DNA of 63,965 bases, the filler included, from Craspedostauros australis (Eukaryota): the NCBI GenBank assembly GCA_030167865.1. It is 7 parts of 7 records of this genome, joined end to end, with 100 filler letters (N's around TTAATTAATTAA, not from the genome) between each part and the next. Parts side by side here need not be neighbours in the genome. Positions count along the whole stretch, not along the records: positions 17,916 to 35,710 come from JALAGF010001023.1; positions 35,811 to 40,375 come from JALAGF010001028.1; positions 40,476 to 56,158 come from JALAGF010001029.1; 4 more parts are not named here. One strand, given 5' to 3'. Position 1 is the first letter of the stretch, and the number at the start of each line of letters is the position of its first letter. A model generated the notes under the pieces. It was not told where the DNA came from and made no database searches. It saw only the letters and a list, made by a program, of their open reading frames with translations. Below are positions 32,341-44,577 of this stretch, one piece after another. Both the position numbers and the translations under genes were made by a program.

Positions 32341-34741
32341 ATGCCGAAGACCCAGCTCAGCAAGAACGGGTCGTCCCCGAAGAAGCTCAAGTTGGTTCCA
32401 GACCATGATGTATCTGCGCACATTGGAAGGTGAGCATCGCTGCCTGCTGGTCGGCAATCAGATGATTGACTCAAGTTGACTATGGCCTCAAGGTAACTCT
32501 GGCCTCAAGTGTGCACATACTTGTACCATGTGACTGTGGTCGGTGCCAATACGAGTAGTAGTATGCCTACCGATGCATGATCGCGCACTCTACATGAGAG
32601 CAGTGCCGACCCCCCAATGAAGACCCTGAAATTTGCTATCAAAATCTACTGGTACTCGTAATCGCACTTGTACTCGTGATCGCACTTGTACTCGCACTAA
32701 TACGTGTCTCATGGCTAACATGCTCTGACGTATCATTCCAATTGTACTCTTGTTCGACCACATTACACGATGCCACACAATGCTACATGACGCAACATAA
32801 CGCAACATAACGCAACGAACAGAGGCATCGTGATTGTGCTCCTCATCATCGCGCTGGCGCTCAGCATGTCTTCTGGAAAAGGGTGCAACTTCATCTCCGT
32901 CACAACAGATGGCAACGTCCCGCCCTCATCGTGGGACAAGGAGCCCTTCAAGGGTGCCCTTGACATCAACATCGGCATCTTCGAGTACGAACTCGTCGAT
33001 GCTTCTGGCGGCGAATCGACCAACGGTTGCGTCGACTATGAGATCGATCGGAAAGAAATGAAGGACTTCTATCCCAAGATCAGCCGCGCCCAGCGGTGTG
33101 CCTACGCGGGACCAGTTTTCGGCATCATCGGGTTGGCTGCGTTGATCCTCGACACCCTCGTGTTCCTTTGCGATTACGGCGCGATGATCACGTCGGTCTG
33201 CCTCATCATCTGCTCAGGTCTGCAGGGCGGTGTCTTCGGCATCATGTCGGACCTTTGGTACGTTTCTTGACACGAGGAGGAAGGAGAGCGGAACAGCTGT
33301 CTCCTCTTTCGGTTTGCGATTCTCGAGTGCCACTTTTGCGTGGTCTGTCCCATCATGTTAACCATACGGATACCTTGCTCGCCACTGCGAGTACGAGCAT
33401 GTGTGACACCACCACCACCATGCGCTGGATCAGTTGACGCCCAAAGAGACACCAAGCGCGCAGCCACTCGATTCGTCGCCGAAGCTTGCGCCGCTACTCT
33501 CTTGTACCAGACCTCTCACGCAGCTCCATCTCACTTCTCATCCCTGGCATATCAAATCCATTGTATTATCCTTGTCATCACTCCACCGCTCGCGAACCAG
33601 CGTGAACGAAGGCGATAGCGAATGCCAAATCGAAAGCGGGGTTATCGAAGCTGCGTTCGCTGCGGTACTGTATCTGGCAACGCTGGTGATCTTCTGCATG
33701 ATTCCAAAGGCAACGTCCAGAGTGCCACCCTTTGCCATGTTCAAGCCCAAGGGCAGCAGGACCGATCCGGAGAATCAGCCCAAGGCACGCCGTACCGCAG
33801 GCGCCATGTGGTCGAAAGTGAAGAAGGACCAGCGCCGGATCAAGCACAAGGTCAAGAAGACACGCAAGAAGGCCAAGATGCGCAAGCAAAGCAAGCATGG
33901 TGGCGGTGACATCGAGGAGGGTGGCAAGCCATCATCGTCGGCGCAATTTGATGACGGCAAGTCCAAGAACAAGAGTGACACCAGCAAGCGAGGCCGCTCA
34001 CGTTCGTCATCCCCAACCCGCAAAGGCCGTGGCCGATCCACGTCTCAGAGCAACAAGGATGCGCGCCGCGATCGTTCCACCTCGCAAAGCAATAACAGGA
34101 ATCCAGGGCGCGGACGCTCCACCTCACGATCCAGGCAGAACAGCAGCGCAACCAATACAAGCAAGAACAACAAGAGCAACGCTCGGAGTCGCAGCCGCGA
34201 CGTGGCGAAACGGGGACGGTCGCAGGAACCAAAGCCCAGCAGCAAGCGGGACAGCAAGAGCAAAGCATCTATCACTTCTTCCAAGAAGAATGGCAAGAAC
34301 AACAGCAAGAGCAAAAGCAGCAACAAGAACAGCAAGAAAAAGAAGAACGACAAGAATGACAAGCGCGGACGTTCCAGATCTTCGTCGCGCTCTGTGCAAG
34401 GCACCAAGCCAGATCGATCAAAATCGAACATGAGCACCACGAGTTCGAAGCGCACGGACAGGGGCGGAAAGAAGGCGCCAGGACGCACGAAGTCCAACAT
34501 GAGCACTTCGAACGCATCCAACGCCAAGCAGCGCGGCGACAAGAAGGCACGCGCTCCGCCACCCAGATCCAAATCGGGAGCATCCGCTGTATCAAATCGT
34601 AACAGCAAGGGTGGGCGTGCACCACCGGGGCGTACCGCATCCCAAAGCAGCGCCAGGCCCGGCACCAAACCGCCACGCCGCGATGCCGACGGACAAAATT
34701 CATCACGCAACAACAGCAATGGCAGCAGCAAAAGGCGGTGA
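32341..34741 (+). CDS. Claudin-like 4-TM protein, paralog B. Exons 32341-32429, 32823-33257, 33601-34741; about 554 aa with a very basic K/R/S-rich tail
   Basis: GR-TM1, CNF..IGIFEY..C..Y..YPKISRAQRCA, TM2, TM3 (LQGGVF), C..EC, TM4, CMIP. Both GT..AG introns splice in frame, and the second is at the same codon and phase as the intron in paralog A. Confidence 0.8.
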
Positions 34742-35479
34742 GCGCGACGAATCATCCGCTTGACTTGGCTGCGCACGTCCAATGCGCGAGTACAAGTACA
34801 GGTGAAGCTGTGACTGTGGCTTTCTACACTCCAGTACTTTCTGGTCGACCAGGCAATGTGTGAACCCATCCCCTCAGCGATCGACCCACGTCCCAAGCAA
34901 CATCGCTGTGGACACAGCACATCCTTCACTTTGGCAGCGGAGGATTTGCATTGGTGATCACGAACCCTCCTGCCACCCCGCCTTGATTGTTGTCCCCAAT
35001 AGGAGTGGATCACATCACTCTATCACGTTGTAATGTAGCCCAGCCAGTGTATCGGGCTTCTGCAACCCCGTTCTTGATGCGAGGTGTTGTCGGATGTGGT
35101 GGCGGCGTCGGTTGTCATGCGATGGTCTTCGCCGATCGCAAAAATGATACTGCTTCTTTGCATAGAGCATTAACCTTTCTTTCTGTCTCTGTGGAGATAG
35201 AGACTACCATATATTATACTACTGTCTAGAGACCGGTCTATTAATACAGTACTATAGCGGAAGGACTGAGCCGACCCAAACCAGGTTCTCCTCTCCTCCA
35301 TCGGGTGAGTGGAAGAACATGATTTCCTCTATGCGCTGGGACCAGGGACACCCAACATTTTGTCCAGAAGATCCATCTTGAACGTGATTGAAAGTTTTCG
35401 ACATGACATTTTCTCTCTTTTGACAGAACTGATCGAGAAAACGATAGTGTTGCTCATTTTTACTAGTTTCCAAAATTTG

Positions 35480-35545
35480 NNNNNNNNNNNNNNNNNNNNN
35501 NNNNNNNNNNNNNNNNNNNNNNNNNNNNNNNNNNNNNNNNNNNNN
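35480..35545. other. Scaffold gap (66 N, no linker)
   Basis: N run lacking TTAATTAATTAA. Confidence 0.9.
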
Positions 35546-35650
35546 AAGTTGGACAGAGTGAGACAAAGTTGGACAGAACTCGGCAAAAATGGACAATAGC
35601 AAATCGACTTTGACAAAATTGGACAAAATTGGACAAAGTTGGGCAAAGTC
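35546..35650 (+). repeat. Degenerate 10-bp tandem repeat (consensus GGACAAARTT) next to the gap
   Basis: ggacagagtg agacaaagtt ggacagaact ... tgacaaaatt ggacaaaatt ggacaaagtt gggcaaagt. Confidence 0.75.
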
Positions 35651-35710
35651 ATCCAAACACAGACATGAGCCAAGCACACGTGTAAACAAAAATGACTACG
35701 GAGACAAGTG

Positions 35711-35810
35711 NNNNNNNNNNNNNNNNNNNNNNNNNNNNNNNNNNNNNNNNNNNNTTAATTAATTAANNNNNNNNNNNNNNNNNNNNNNNNNNNNNNNNNN
35801 NNNNNNNNNN
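35711..35810. other. Artificial contig spacer
   Basis: 44N-TTAATTAATTAA-44N. Confidence 0.98.
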
Positions 35811-36880
35811 GACGGAGTAGTGATTGGTCGAGTACTCGCGGAGGAAGACAGGACGCTCTGATGGGAACTGCAGCAGAGCATCCTGGGCTGTGCCAAACAT
35901 TCCCATCATCAGGCAGATGATGAGAGCACCGAATCGACTCTGGGTGTTGGAAGAGTCAGATGGGTCGGTGGCACCGACGTCGTGGAAGATGACACCAATG
36001 AGGATGCCCAAGAAGGCTGTCAGGCCAAACTTGGTTCCAAGTGCCGCAGTGTCGCGGCGGAAGTTGACCAGCTCGCGGGTGAACAGCAGGTAGAGTTGGG
36101 TGAAGAGACCGACGGGACGTGGATCGAAGTCATCCTCGCCACTGTTGGAGCGGGCTGTGACTCCCAACGCATCGTGCGTGCTGGTATCCTCGCCGTCGAA
36201 TGGATCTGGCAGATCACGTTCGTCAACCGGGAAGAATCCAGCCTTGTCGAGTTCGGGAATGTCGACTGACTGGGCCACGTTCATGATGTGGTCGGCGCTG
36301 TTGTAGTACTCTGGGACTGCCTGTCCGCGCTCAGCAAAGTACTCCGGCACGGCCGCTACTGCACCTTGGTACATCACACGGCCCTTGTTCATGAGGATGA
36401 GATGGTCGAAGGAGTTGAAGATCTCGGAGCTGGGTTGGTGGATGGTGAAGAGGACGCTAGATCCGGCATGCGCGACCTTCTTCAGGACGCGGCAAAGCTG
36501 AACCGCGGAGAAGCTGTCCAATCCAGATGTGGGTTCGTCCAAGAACACGAGGGCCGGCTTGGTCACCAGCTCCACTCCGACGGATGCACGCTTGCGTTGC
36601 CCGCCGCTGATTCCCTTGATCAATGCACTTCCGACGATGGTATCGGCGCAGTCCTCCAATCCGAGCTCGGTCAGCATTCGGTTGGTGAGGAGCTCGATCT
36701 CCTCGTCAGTGGTGGATCGAGGCAGACAAAGGCGAGCAGAGAAGCGGATCGCCTCCCGTGGCATGGATGTGACCTGGAGGGAGTCATCCTGGGCGACGAA
36801 GGCGATCTGCTGGCGTACCTTGACATCGATTGGATCAACCCTGTAGTTGTTAAGCCGGATGTTGGAGGTGATGGTGATTA
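35811..36880 (-). pseudogene. ABCG (White-family) transporter fragment. Walker A is missing at the 5' side and the 3' end is cut by the contig edge; probable pseudogene or partial copy
   Basis: AFVAQDD (Q-loop), ISGGQRKR signature, FLDEPTSGLDS (Walker B), TIHQPS and ERPVFLRE. No GxxGxGK upstream in the same ORF, and ABCG-like sequence stops abruptly near 36880. Confidence 0.7.
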
Positions 36881-37541
36881 ATAGAGCCCAAATGTAATGG
36901 CTGTGGTCTTTGTTGGCTTTGTTGTTAGCTGTAGGCAGAGGCTTGATTGGCAAGTGGTCAGAATAAGAGTCTTCTTATCACTAGTAGTCAATTGAGAATA
37001 CTGATGATGGGCAAAGAAATGTGTGGACTATGATTATTTGTGCTACTGTTCTTCCCTTTGGGGAGGATCTCCTGTGTTGTCCTAAATGACTGTGTGTACG
37101 GGTCGCATATCCTGAATACCTTGGAACGAGATCCTTTGGTTGATTGCCACGAGAGACAAAGGGTGTTGGTGCACGCTTTTGGGACGCTGTTCCCACAATT
37201 CTGGTCTTGTCCATGCATCGGTAACTCAGCGAGGAGGGGTTTTGGTGGCTGGGTCATTGGAACCCTCTGATTTCCTTGACACAGGTTCCAAAGATCTGCT
37301 TCAATGATCTGGATCTGTCCCCAAACATGGTTGCTGATGGGACGTTGCTTCGTTCTACTGGACTGCCATCTAGCCGGATGGTTCGTAGTGGCTCCCATTA
37401 AGGTAGTTACTAGTTTTGCTCTATTAAAGATGGAGTTTACATCATCGTCACAGGGTGCTTGGCTTTGCCAGCACAAAATAGGAAAATTGAGATAGAGTAC
37501 GAGCTAGAGCATGCTGGTATGTGTGGCTATGTATGTGATGG

Positions 37542-40342
37542 TTAGAGTTCTTCACAGGCAGATCTCTCTGGTCCAGGGCAATCTGAGCCTGCGTCGTCGA
37601 TCACGTACGTCTCTGTGTCTGACGCACACAATGGTCCTTGGGCGCATTCTTCGCAGGTGGCGGCTGTCGTGCACACTCCTGCTCTGATGATGATGTCATT
37701 GGTTGCACTGTCAACGTTGCCAAGATTTTCGCACGTATTCGCGCCCGAGCACGCACCGGCTTCGATGATTACGTCCCCTTCGACTTTGCTCCCGTCATGC
37801 AATCGAGAGCAAGCGGAATCCCCTTGGCACGCATTCTTTCCGATGAAGACACTTGCCACAATCAGTGTCGTGGTTCTACACTCTTGACTGCTGCGGGAAG
37901 CAATGCTACTGCATGCAGTTGTTGTATCGCATGCACCTTCTTCCACTCGCACGTTGCCATAGATATTAAATCCAAGAAAATTGCAACTCTCCTCTGCAAG
38001 GCAAGCTCTTGGTCCGATCACCTTGAATCCGACTTCGACACCAGCATCTGGCTCACCTTTGGAAAAATCGCCCAACCTATGGCAGGCATCTGTGCCTTTG
38101 CAACTGTCAAGTATGATTGCATTGGGACCTATGGATCTACAGGCATCATACCCAGTACATGACCCCGAGCTCACCGTTATCACATCACCATTTTCAGTGC
38201 CAATGGTGCAAGCATTGTTGCCACGACAGCATCTGTCATTGCACGCATTCGTCACCACAGACGCGCTGCCAGTGAAAAGCTTCTTGTCCTCGTTCGCGAA
38301 CGCCAACAATGTTTTGGTCACACTTCGTCGTTCTTGATCTTATCAAAGCGTTCCTGCGCCACCTCCAACGCCACAGGCCGTGGAGGGTCTTCATCGTTGC
38401 ATCCAAAGATGCTCTTGATCATCTTGCGCTTCCCCTCATCAGTCAGCTCATCAACGTCGGAGACGAAGTCCGCGCATGTGCCTGTTGAACCATCGCACAA
38501 TACGTCTCCATTGATGAAATTGAACGTTGATGTGTCGTTACCCGGTGTTGAGAGACATCCAACAGTCAAGGATGCCAGGGGGAGAGTTGGAGGTGAGGTA
38601 GGAGCTGCTGTCGGGGCTATTGGGGCTGATGTGGGGGCTGATGTGACAGGTGTGGGGAAAGGGGTGGGGGAAAAGGTTGGACAGTCTGTGGGCAAAGTGT
38701 TCTTGCCAATACAGTACTCCTCCACCTTGTCACCAGTAGGATTGCCACCGGAGCTGCTGTCTCCCTTTGGGCAGGCCTCATCAACATCGCTGATGAAGTA
38801 GAATTCATCGGGGCTGCACTCTGTCTTTGTCATACAGCCTCTGCAGACTTCGACACTGCTGCATCCACCAGGAGGGACAAGGAGGTCAGTTCTCATCCTG
38901 TCACTGAAGCCCATCTTCTCGCATGAACCATCAGCAGCGCAACCACCAGTACCAATGGTCAGGCTGCCTGTCAGCTTGCCAGCAGTACCATGGTTGACGG
39001 TTGAATGGGCATCCTTGCAGGCGTTGCTGCCGACGCACGCATTCGCCCCGATGTCGATGTGGCTGCGGAAGCGATATGATGGTGCCTTCTGCACAACGCG
39101 GCGGCCGGCTGAGTTGCATGCGTCTGATCCGATGCATGCGCCGGTCTGGATGGTGACATCACCATGGGAGCGGCGTCCCACTCCCTCACAAGATTGAGGG
39201 GTGGTCCATGCCATCTCACCGACGAAGGTGATTCCCGTGATGAAGGGATTGATCTCGTTCTCATTCATCAACTCGCATGCACTTGTGCCAGTGCAGGAGG
39301 AATCGAGAATGAGGGGATTGGGGCCCATATCTTTGCATGCGCTGTCGCCGGTGCAGGCAGTGATGGCGATGGTCATGAATGGAGAGGATTTGGAGGCGGA
39401 ACCGGTGACTGAGGTGCATCCCAAGGGTCCTTGGCAGCATGGGGTGGCGACGAGAGGTGGCCGGGCCATTCCGATGGTCATGCACGCCTCCTTCATTGCA
39501 TCTGGTCGTTCGGTGACGAGGAGCGGCTTGGTAGCAGCGATCAGGACCAATTGGCCAGCGAGCATGTCGTCCGATGCGTACTTGTTGAATAGCTTGCGTG
39601 CAGCTCCTTCGCCGAGGTCTCCTGCGCACCCAAAGAAGTTTTGCAGTTGCTCGGATTCCTTGACGGCGGTGATGGCCTCGCGGCAGGATGGCTTGTTCGC
39701 ATCGCAGATGATGGTCTTGGCGGTCGCCTCTTCTGGTGTGAGGACGGTCACACCATCCGGCTTGCAAACGACTTCGATGTTGGAATCGAAGATGGCTGGG
39801 GGAGCTGATGGCTTGGCAGTTGGTAGGAGGGTTGGCTGGGAGGTTGGTGAAGAGGTTGGTTGGGTGACAGGGCGCGTTGAGGGCGTTGAGGGCGTGCCAG
39901 ACGGCGACGCAGTTGTTGGAGGAGTCTCTTTGTCGGTAGGTGAAGAGGTCGGGATGAGAGCAATGGAGGTTGAAGGTATGAGCGTCGGACGGGCGGATTC
40001 ATCCACAACGCCGCAACCATCGCAACCATCGCCGTCGTCGCCTCTGTCGTTGGCGTTGGTGTTCTTGTTCATCTTCGTGGACTTGGTTTCACCTTCATCG
40101 AAGTTACCATCGTTGTTGAGAACGGAGGCCTTGAGCATGCGGTTGACCCACAAGGCGAGATGCATCTCGTCGCTTGCGTCCATGGCCTCGGCAGTGGCCT
40201 CATCCGTGGTCCCATCTGTGACCGTATCCGCGTACTTCTTCGCCTGATTCTCCGCGTGCTTGTCTCCTCGGAGACCAGCTTCGGCCATTGCCGAGTTGGA
40301 GATGATGGCGGCGCTGATGATGACTGCTTTGATGTACATCAT
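37542..40342 (-). CDS. Secreted protein with two copies of a Cys-rich (ACxGxxAC) repeat module and PTxxPT linkers. Frameshifted at ~38320 (pseudogene or assembly error)
   Basis: Signal peptide MMYIKAVIISAAIISNSAMA followed by GLRG and RML. The two ORFs overlap at GTGA, and the second ORF completes a copy of the first module. Confidence 0.8.
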
Positions 40343-40375
40343 GGTTGCTCGATGTTTCTTGGTTGTTGATTGTTG

Positions 40376-40475
40376 NNNNNNNNNNNNNNNNNNNNNNNNN
40401 NNNNNNNNNNNNNNNNNNNTTAATTAATTAANNNNNNNNNNNNNNNNNNNNNNNNNNNNNNNNNNNNNNNNNNNN
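40376..40475. other. Artificial contig spacer
   Basis: 44N-TTAATTAATTAA-44N. Confidence 0.98.
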
Positions 40476-41829
40476 CAGATGATAAATACAGAGTTACACT
40501 AGGTGCATGTAAAGAAGGAGTTGAACTGCAACAGAGAGTTGCGATGCAATGGGTGGGCACGAATAATCAATTTGCAGTAGAGCACATCGGATCAATCTGG
40601 TGTGAGCACNAAGTTTTGCTCNGATGCAGCCGTTGAGAACGAATTTTGGACTACCACGACTCNTCAGAGAGATTATGAAATTATGAACGGTCTCCGAGGA
40701 GCGTTCATATTCGCGGACAATGAGTTCATAATTATTTCGATTGACGTTATGTGGACGTTGACCCCCAATTCAATGAGGAGCCGAAAGGTATCTTGTGCCC
40801 TAAATGAAGCGATATGATTGGCCGAGAGGCTCAGATTATGAAATTATGACCCTTACAACCACCTCCAATGTCATGGCGCGAAATGGTTGTTCGCCATTCG
40901 CCCAGACGCACGGATCCGTTCGACGTTCCTGTCATAACTCGAACGGGACGCGGGTAGATCCAGTGAGGAACCCCAGCAAAGAGTTGGTGGAAACTCTCCA
41001 GAGTAAGATTCCATAATGTAACATAATACCACGTCACACATACCAGTGTTGTTCGCTATTGCTGGGAGTTCATGCCTCGAGAGAGACAGAGTGTTTGTGT
41101 TTGTGTGATCATTGCCTACTCTACGCCAATTTATGTTACGACTGCCAAGCCTCGCTTGATGTGGGTGTCGGTTCGTCTGTTGTGTGACCTGCATGGAATG
41201 GCGGTCGATCATCCTTGTACGTTGGTTCCGCCTATTTCGTTCGTCACCTTTCGATACTCTTGATCTCAGTGCCCACGATGGTGTGGTTTGGTCGCAGCAA
41301 GCGATTGGGGAGTGTCGGGACAGGCACTGGTGCACAGATTCGTCGACGACATTGGCTTTGTTCATCTCAACGCGTCGATGTCGCTGTTGTTGTGAGAGCG
41401 ACGCAAGGCTGGAAATAACCTCTGTGCGTATCTCTCATTGGGGGCTGTTGTCATTCTTGTGCCCTTCGAGTTCTTGTTTCGTTCCTCCTTTCGCAGGTTG
41501 ATCTGTGTGTCCTTGTGCGTTGGCTTCTGCGAGTCTTGGTGGAGCACCACCATCCTCTCTACTCGTTCGGTCGTCTCACGATGCGCCTGATTTGTCCTCT
41601 TGTTTCTTCGTATTTGAATCTATAATATGAACAACCTGGATCTTGTGGTCCAAATGTCTCTGGTCATCGAAGGTCGTGCCAACAAATGTCGTGCTCGCTC
41701 ATTGTGGATGTGAACTACTTGGAGTGCAAGCACGAGGTCTGTATGGTACATGGATAGAAAGGGTGTGGCTTTGTCCCTTGAGGCTACGATGTGATTTGGC
41801 GATGTGCTGGTTGACAGAAATGCAGCACT

Positions 41830-42223
41830 TCAATAGGGCGCCGCTCTTGTTGGTGCAGCGGAGGAGACGTTTCTTTTGTGTGGAGTGCTCGCACCATGGT
41901 GCCTCCATGTCTCTGTCGTGCTCAAACACACTGATGCATTGCCAAGGGCTTGGCTCTGGAGTTGATGGAATCGGTTCTGAAGACGACATGAAACGTTGCT
42001 GTTTCCGTGGTACTCTTCGAAGGCATGGGCGACGCAGGCGTAGGCGTTGGATGGTGCTGGTGCGTGCGAGTGACAGTTGTTGAAGTCATCGTCCAGAATC
42101 TTGCATATCTCGATCAAGGCCTCGATGCATCCGTCGAGCATGTTCTCATCATCATCGTAGTTGATGTTGGTGTTGGCGCGACGAAAGAGCTGCACATTGT
42201 TGCAACCATAGTTCATGTTGCTG

Positions 42224-42262
<39 letters not shown>

Positions 42263-42714
42263 GCCGCGATGGATTCTCGCTCAAAGATGCGATCGACGAT
42301 TCGAAGTAACGTTTTGACGCTCAACCGCCTGTCTCGTAGTCGGTTGAGGAGGGCATCATCCGGCGAACAGCTTGCGCTGTATTCATCGATGCCGAAGAAG
42401 TATGACTCGATGAGCTCATCGGTGGAATGATCCTGTTGGATCTTCTTCTGCGCACGTTGGAGTTGGAGATCGAGAGAAGCCTGCTCGGCCTGTCGTCGAA
42501 GCATCTTGGCCTTCTCCAAGTGTTGCTGGGCTGCGTTGTGCAGGTCGCTGTCGACACTAGTTCCTTGATGCACTGTGTTGCAGTTGGGCCCCAGCTGCTG
42601 CTGCTGTTTGTTTGCAACGAACGCATGTGATGGCCCGAAGGACTCAACAGTCGATTGGCTCATCATGACGGTCGTGAGCATGGCGGCGAGGCAGACGGAA
42701 TCGATTTTCATCAT
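41830..42714 (-). CDS. Hypothetical helical protein, probably plastid-targeted; 3' end uncertain
   Basis: Signal peptide plus VES-F bipartite-like cleavage site. Coiled segment KAKMLRRQAEQA and amphipathic LSVKTLLRIVDRIFERE. Confidence 0.6.
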
Positions 42715-44516
42715 GGTCGTTATTGGTTCTTGCGTCCTATTCGATGCTTAGCTTTGGTCTGCACTTTTGTTGTGAGTTGGTTGTGGATTGATTGGCTTTG
42801 AATTGCCACAGCATCAAATTATGAGGAGTGGACTTGTTGTCTGTTCCTCGTCCATCCGTTGCTCTCTTGACTTCGTCGTTTGGTTGGCCTCGTTGGAAGA
42901 AATGGAAGGGGATGGCGTGGCGCTTCTACACGATGAAGTCGTTCTCGTTCTTCCACCTGTGGTGCATTTATCGTCGTTTCCAGCCATAAGTCTCCATCGG
43001 TCATTTTGTCGCAAGAGTTCGTGAACCGCCCTTGACATGCGCAGGATTTATTGGCCGTTCGCTTTGTTCACTAGACATTGTGCACGTTGGATCTGTCGTG
43101 ATCGTGAGTTGACAATTCACAACCTCTACCTTTCCATCCCTCATGGGAGATTCGAGCACTGCGTTTGACGCCACCAGACGAGGATGCCAGACAGCGTGAT
43201 GGGCAAGCACGAGTATGTACGAGCACGACCATGAGGCACACAACCACGATCTGTGGCAGCGTCAAAGACATCACTCCTTGGTTTCTCAGACAAAGGCATA
43301 GCTTGCCCATAAATGAGCGCATTGGATTTGTCTTTCGTTTGGGGTATCCGATCGTGGCTGAAGTACCACTTTCGGAATTGGTCCGGGAATCGATGAGCTC
43401 GAAACGAATCGTGAATTCGAATGAGATGCTGGCATCCCAAGAGTAATCGAAACAGCTCTGGGTATCGTACAAGCATTGGTAGTCGTGGTCGGAGTTGACA
43501 CTGGTGGTCGGGAGGGGGCTGGAGTGATGGCAACTCTCTGTTTTGGCCACTCCGCCTCTCCCTCCCTCTCTCGCCTCCCCTTCCTTAGGGCACGAGCCAT
43601 CTCCATCATTTGCCCACCTTGGGAGGCGACGACAACAGGTTGGAGGAATCCAAAGATTCTGCTGTGCGATTGAGGCGATGTAAGAGATCCGAGCTCGATC
43701 CAAGCCACAACAGCGCGCGCCACAAGACCAGACCGACAGTGAAAGCATGATCCACGAGTACTAACACGAGCACGGCTACATGTCACGCACGCGCAGTTCC
43801 AACGTTATGGCACATACGTGTCAACACATTACCAGTCCGTGGTTGGTCATGCTCTGATCATGCTTCGCAGAGGCTCCGAACACAACCTGGGAGACTGTCC
43901 TTCACTCATGCTTGCACGTAGAAGTCTGTCTGATATTTCTGTTCACGAACTGTCGAACATTTCTCCGCAAGTTTTCCGTGCCGTCGCCTCTCGTGAATGA
44001 AATTGCTCCGAGCCACGGAGTATCTCCAGTCTTGCGAATCAGACAAACAAATAGTACGTAACTAGATTCAAATAGGATCCGCGGCAATACCATATTACAC
44101 GTTAATCCATGTCTATTCAACAAATTCAATCCAAACAAACTGAAATGCAGCAACCTATTTCATTTTCGCCAGTTGAATTTACGAATCGCACCAAGAGTGC
44201 TTCCACGAACCAAGGGCTATTCGTACTGAATTAGATTCAAACACTGAGTCGTGACTTGCATTGCACGCACACAAGTTCGAGACGCCGAAGACGCAACGAA
44301 ATCAAACACTGCAAAACACAAGGCAGGTCTTGGTCGTGGGACTTGGGAACAACCTCACGCTCTTGTGGGGGACCTCTCACAGAACAAAGAGAGGCGAAAG
44401 CGCGTTGAGGAGAAGAAGACTGAGGTGATACTCTGCGCAGAGGCTGAATCCAAGTCTTCATAAAATTCGCTTCTTCCCAACAAGTTTGAGAGTAGAAGCA
44501 CCAGATCTCAAGACAC

Positions 44517-44566
44517 CAACCAACAAGCAACCAACAAGCAACCAACAAGCAACCAACAAGCAACCA
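44517..44566 (+). repeat. 11-bp tandem repeat AACCAACAAGC, about 4 copies, just upstream of the ATG at 44578
   Basis: Read directly from the sequence. Confidence 0.85.
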
Positions 44567-44577
44567 CATACACAATA

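Noticed and set aside
36878..36881. TTAA as a piggyBac target site
   Set aside because: No CCY-starting terminal inverted repeat or matching second end was visible.
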